Source of the DNA: Macrostomum lignano
Taxonomy: Eukaryota
Direction of reading: 5' to 3'
DNA length: 51,636 nucleotides
Assembly: GCA_002269645.1 (NCBI GenBank)
Contig: NIVC01004287.1
Span: 1-51,636, forward strand
The notes under the pieces were generated by a model. The model was not told the DNA's origin, searched no databases, and saw only the letters and a program-made list of their open reading frames with translations. Shown here one piece after another: positions 48,101 to 51,636 of this stretch. Every line of letters begins with the position of its first letter. Position 1 is the stretch's first letter. Position numbers and translations under genes: made by a program.

Positions 48101-51100
48101 CATTCGCCAGCCACCTCGCCAGCGCACGCCAGCTACCCCGCGGTCCCCTGGGAGGCGCAACCGAGACCGTGGCCAGGGTGCGGAGAAGATAATTAAGACC
48201 GCTAAATTCTCCGCCCCTCGGTGTAGAAGCCGTTGAAATTTTATTTTTTCTCTTCAGAGACAGCTTCATCGCGACCGGCATGCAGATTTTTTGTGTATTT
48301 TAATTCCCCCCGGCTTGGCTTGGCCGGCCCGAGTACGGATTCACTCCCGGCCGATGCGGTCCCGGAATTCCAGCTCTTGGCGTGCGTGCAAGACTGGGAC
48401 TGGGCGCAAATCAAATCGACTCCTCATATGGAGGAAGACAATTTGAAACGCAGTGAGACAGGGAGGCGCGGGGGCAAGCGTAGGGAAAGGAATAGACGAA
48501 ATAAAAAATGAAGTGAGAAATGCCTGTTGCAGCGTATGTGAGGCGACTCCGCTCATGAGAGCCGGGTCGTTGCGTAATCGCCACATGGGGCCAGCTGGCT
48601 AGCGAGTCGCGCGCGAAGCCCCAGTACGGCTCGTGTAGTAGTAAATAAAACGGAGGCTGCTTTTTTGAGAGCCGACCCTCCGCTGGGAGGTGTCGAGTGC
48701 TAACAAACTCGATAGAACAGACAGACGGACGGCAGCATCCTGAATGCAAATGAGAGCGCGACAGTCTGCGTGACGCATCGTCGAGATGCAGTATCCGTGT
48801 CTCTCCAGAGTAGCGTCCCAGTCGCATGATAGCCACAAATCGTGCATTCTTCCCAGTTCTCCCGAGGGAATTCGACAAGACTGGACAATTTCTGATCAGT
48901 TTAGTCACAGAGCTCAACTAGCCAGTGGAAAGAATTCGATAAATGAGTAACGATGTTCAGCTATAAATCTTTTAATCACTAAATGTAATCAATTCGAGCT
49001 GTGCTATGCAGTTAAATGCGATTTTTTACTGATCGTATTCAATCTTAAAGGCACATCCATCATCAATATGATCCAGTTTTGTTACCATTTGTGGATTTTT
49101 GCCAACTTAAATCACTCCAATCCCCCGCCACCATTGCAGCTGAAAGCCAGGGACAAAGACCTGATCCACGAGCTCGAGTACTCCATCGACGCCAGCTCGC
49201 CCGAGGAGTCGCGTCGCCACTTTGACATTCTATCGGATGGCAGCCTGTCAATCAAGGAGCCGCTAGACTACGAGACCCAGGCCGTTTTCTTTATGCAGGT
49301 GAAAGTGTCCGACGGCCGCTTCGAGGACAAGACCGTCGTAGAGGTGAACGTTGAGGACGCCAACGACAACGCGCCAGAGTACGAGGAGAGCGGTCAGCTG
49401 CAGATTCAGGAGGGACGCGAAGCCGGAGAGAGGATCGGCTCCGTACGCGTCTTCGACCGGGACTCCGGGACGAGCGGCGAGGTAGAATGCGAGACTCGAT
49501 CGCAGCACAACAACCGGCTCCTTAGCGTCAAGTTTGCCCAGCTCGACTCGCCAAACATGTTCTCCATCCACTCGACCAAGACGTTCGATAGGGAGCGCGA
49601 CTCGGTTGTCACAGGCACGCTGGTGTGTTGGGACCGCGGGCAGCCCAGCCTCACCAGCACCTACACCGCTCGAGTTGCTATATTGGACAAGAATGACAAC
49701 GCGCCACGATTCCTGGGCAAGGACGCTTCCGGAATCATCGAGGCCCAGCTGATGGAGAACAACCGGCCAGGTGCCATCGTCACCACCTTGAAAGCCGAAG
49801 ACGCCGACGAGGGAGAGAATGCTCGGCTAGCCTACCGCCTGGTTGGCAACGGAGATGAGGAATTCTTCGACATCGACAGCGTCACCGGCGAAGTCTCAGC
49901 TAGACGAAGCTTCGACCGGGAGAGGAAAGACTCTTACCGGCTTCAGCTTGAGGTGTCGGACGCCGGCCAGCCGGCCCTCACCGGCACGGCGCAGCTTCGA
50001 GTGAGCATCACCGATGAGAACGACAATTCGCCGCAGTTCAAGGGCGTCACCGCATTCCAGGTGACGGAGAACACCGCGCCGCCAGTTCTGCTGGGAGTTA
50101 TGACTGCTTCGGATGCTGATGTTGGTAAGCGAGACTGGCGGTGCTTCTATTTGATGCCTTGATTTAAAGTAAAGTAAGATAGAACATACAAGCGCGCCAA
50201 TACTGTACGCAGGCACGCACTCATACACACGCTCACACAGGGTGAATGGAGACCCTGACTTTCTAATTGACAGACATGTACCCTCTCTGTGCCTTGGTGG
50301 TTGGTTGGCCCTATTGACCTATTGGATGTGAATCGCACGACAGCTCCCCTAGGTCAATTAAGGTCAATCGTGCACAAGCCCCGAATTAATGCGCCTGCGC
50401 ATGGAATCAAAGCGTGAGATGGTGGCTCGTTGTGGTCCGAGATTCAGACGTGTTTACGGCTGAAGCCGCTCTGCTTGCAGTTTATATTTGGTTTTTGATT
50501 GATTCTCGAGTTCTCTGTCCCAGTTTACTGAAGTTTATAGCAGTTTCACTGCTTACTCGTATGAGTATTACTTGTGTTACTTACGTCTACCCTCCAACGA
50601 AAAACGTCCAGGCTTGAACGGCCAGGTGTTTTTCACGCAGCTGTCGCACGCCCACATGGACCGATTCCGCGTTGACATGAATGGCAGTCTGGTAGTCACA
50701 GCCAAGCTGGACCGCGAGGAGATTAGCGAGTACAGCATCCCGGTGCGCGTGTCCGACAGAGCGCGCGGCGCCGCACTCCAAGTCCACCGACCAACTCGTC
50801 CTGGTCCGCGTGCTGGACGTCAACGACGAGACACCGCGAATCATACAGCCAGCAAGCGGCGGCAACTCGACAGGTGGAAACGGCGCGGTTGTCACCATCA
50901 GCATCTACACGCACCATCCGGGCGCTTTGGTGCAGAAGGTTCACGCGGTCGACGGAGACGAAGGTGTCAACGGGCAGATTTCGTACAGCCTCACACAGGA
51001 CCGCGGCTCGAAGTTTAGCATAGACGCGAATACCGGGGAGATCAAAGTTGCCAGAGCGCTGGACGTGTCTGACATGACTCGACACAAGCTGATGGTGCAG

Positions 51101-51142
51101 GCCTCTGACCGGGACCCTGTGCACCCGCGCTCCGACGCCAAG
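41260..51142 (+). CDS. Protocadherin (delta-like, at least 7 cadherin repeats); exons 41260-42126, 49140-50124, 50612-51142; 3'-partial; 1-base frameshift near 50761-50768
   Basis: Signal peptide, then repeats ending DINDHAPRF, DVNDNSPEF, DANDNAPEY, DKNDNAPRF, DENDNSPQF, DVNDETPRI, and a 7th incomplete repeat. LDxE/LDYE/FDRE and AxDxD Ca2+ motifs are present. EC1 has the protocadherin C-X5-C motif (CRSTAKC). Splice phases match. TM and cytoplasmic exons lie beyond the window. Confidence 0.9.
45221..47186. repeat. 30-bp intronic minisatellite (CCCGGATCCTGAGGTCCCGATTGTAGCAAT)n
   Basis: About 66 units in the 7-kb protocadherin intron; the central part is rich in 1-2 bp deletions. Confidence 0.96.
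49140..50124 (+). CDS. Protocadherin exon: EC3 to start of EC6
   Basis: ttgcag|CTG acceptor (LKARDKD continues EC3) and G|gtaagc donor at 50125. Confidence 0.93.
50184..50470 (-). mobile_element. SINE copy with degenerate tRNA head, in a protocadherin intron
   Basis: Body (CACGCTCACACAGGGTG...TTCTAAT...CATGTAC...GTGAATCGCACGAC) aligns with 15329-15478, and a decayed head lies at about 50395-50470. Confidence 0.7.
50612..51142 (+). CDS. Protocadherin exon: EC6-EC7, interrupted by a +1 frameshift
   Basis: gtccag|GC acceptor. The first frame gives LNGQVFF...LDREE...VSDR and a second frame resumes APHSKSTDQLVLVRVLDVNDETPRI...ASDRDPVHPRSDAK. Donor AAG|gtaaat at 51143. Confidence 0.85.
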
Positions 51143-51152
51143 GTAAATTGCG

Positions 51153-51455
51153 ACTGCCCCATTCTGAAGCTGCTGTCCCATTCTGAAGCTGCTGTCCCAT
51201 TCTGAAGCTGCTGTCCCATTCTGAAGCTGCTGTCCCATTCTGAAGCTGCTGTCCATTCTGAAGCTGTTGTCCCATTCTGAAGCTGTTGTCCCATTCTGAA
51301 GCTGCTGTCCCATTCTGAAGCTGCTGTCCCATTCTGAAGCTGCTGTCCCATTCTGAAGCTGTTGTCCCATTCTGAAGCTGTTGTCTCATTCTGAAGCTGC
51401 TGTCCCATTCTGAAGCTGCTGTCCCATTCTGAAGCTGTTGTCCCATTCTGAAGCT
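51153..51455. repeat. 19-bp intronic minisatellite (CTGAAGCTGCTGTCCCATT)n
   Basis: About 16 units starting about 10 bp after the 51143 donor. Confidence 0.96.
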
Positions 51456-51636
51456 TTTATCTAATGAGACTGCTTATTTTCATGTTAAAATTGTTATAAA
51501 GTTACTTTGTTGATTCGCCATTTTCAATATGGCGAATTTTATTTGGACGGCGCAAAATGTTCAAATCACGTGACTTCAGCTACTCCCACCCAGCTGAATC
51601 ATATGTCTATCTGCCAGCACTCAACCCTGGAGAAGA

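Overview
This is eukaryotic (animal) genomic DNA, not prokaryotic. It has GC-rich coding exons with GT-AG introns in repeat-dense non-coding DNA. The density of minisatellites and the gene content suggest a lophotrochozoan such as the flatworm Macrostomum, but this is inference. Two + strand genes can be rebuilt exon by exon with consistent splice phases. (1) A class C GPCR of the metabotropic glutamate receptor family: 9 exons visible, 6016-16655, about 883 aa, 5' exon(s) not found in the window. It most resembles the divergent insect mXR/mangetout type, with Gln in place of the Lys that binds the distal carboxylate of glutamate. Its C-tail carries repeated TQT-like motifs and ends in EVQL. 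(2) A protocadherin with at least 7 cadherin repeats, 41260 to beyond 51142, incomplete at the 3' end, with a 1-base frameshift near 50765. The roughly 24.6 kb between the genes has no recognisable gene. Mobile DNA includes a Tc1/mariner deletion derivative with ~320 bp TIRs, a hAT-Charlie-type MITE with TSD swollen by a purine microsatellite, an unclassified long-TIR element family with many dispersed termini, and a tRNA-derived SINE family. There are more than 20 distinct tandem arrays. No CRISPR array, operon or multi-gene novel system is supported. The best novelty candidates are the mXR-like receptor with its TQT-rich tail and the local transposon families that host minisatellites.
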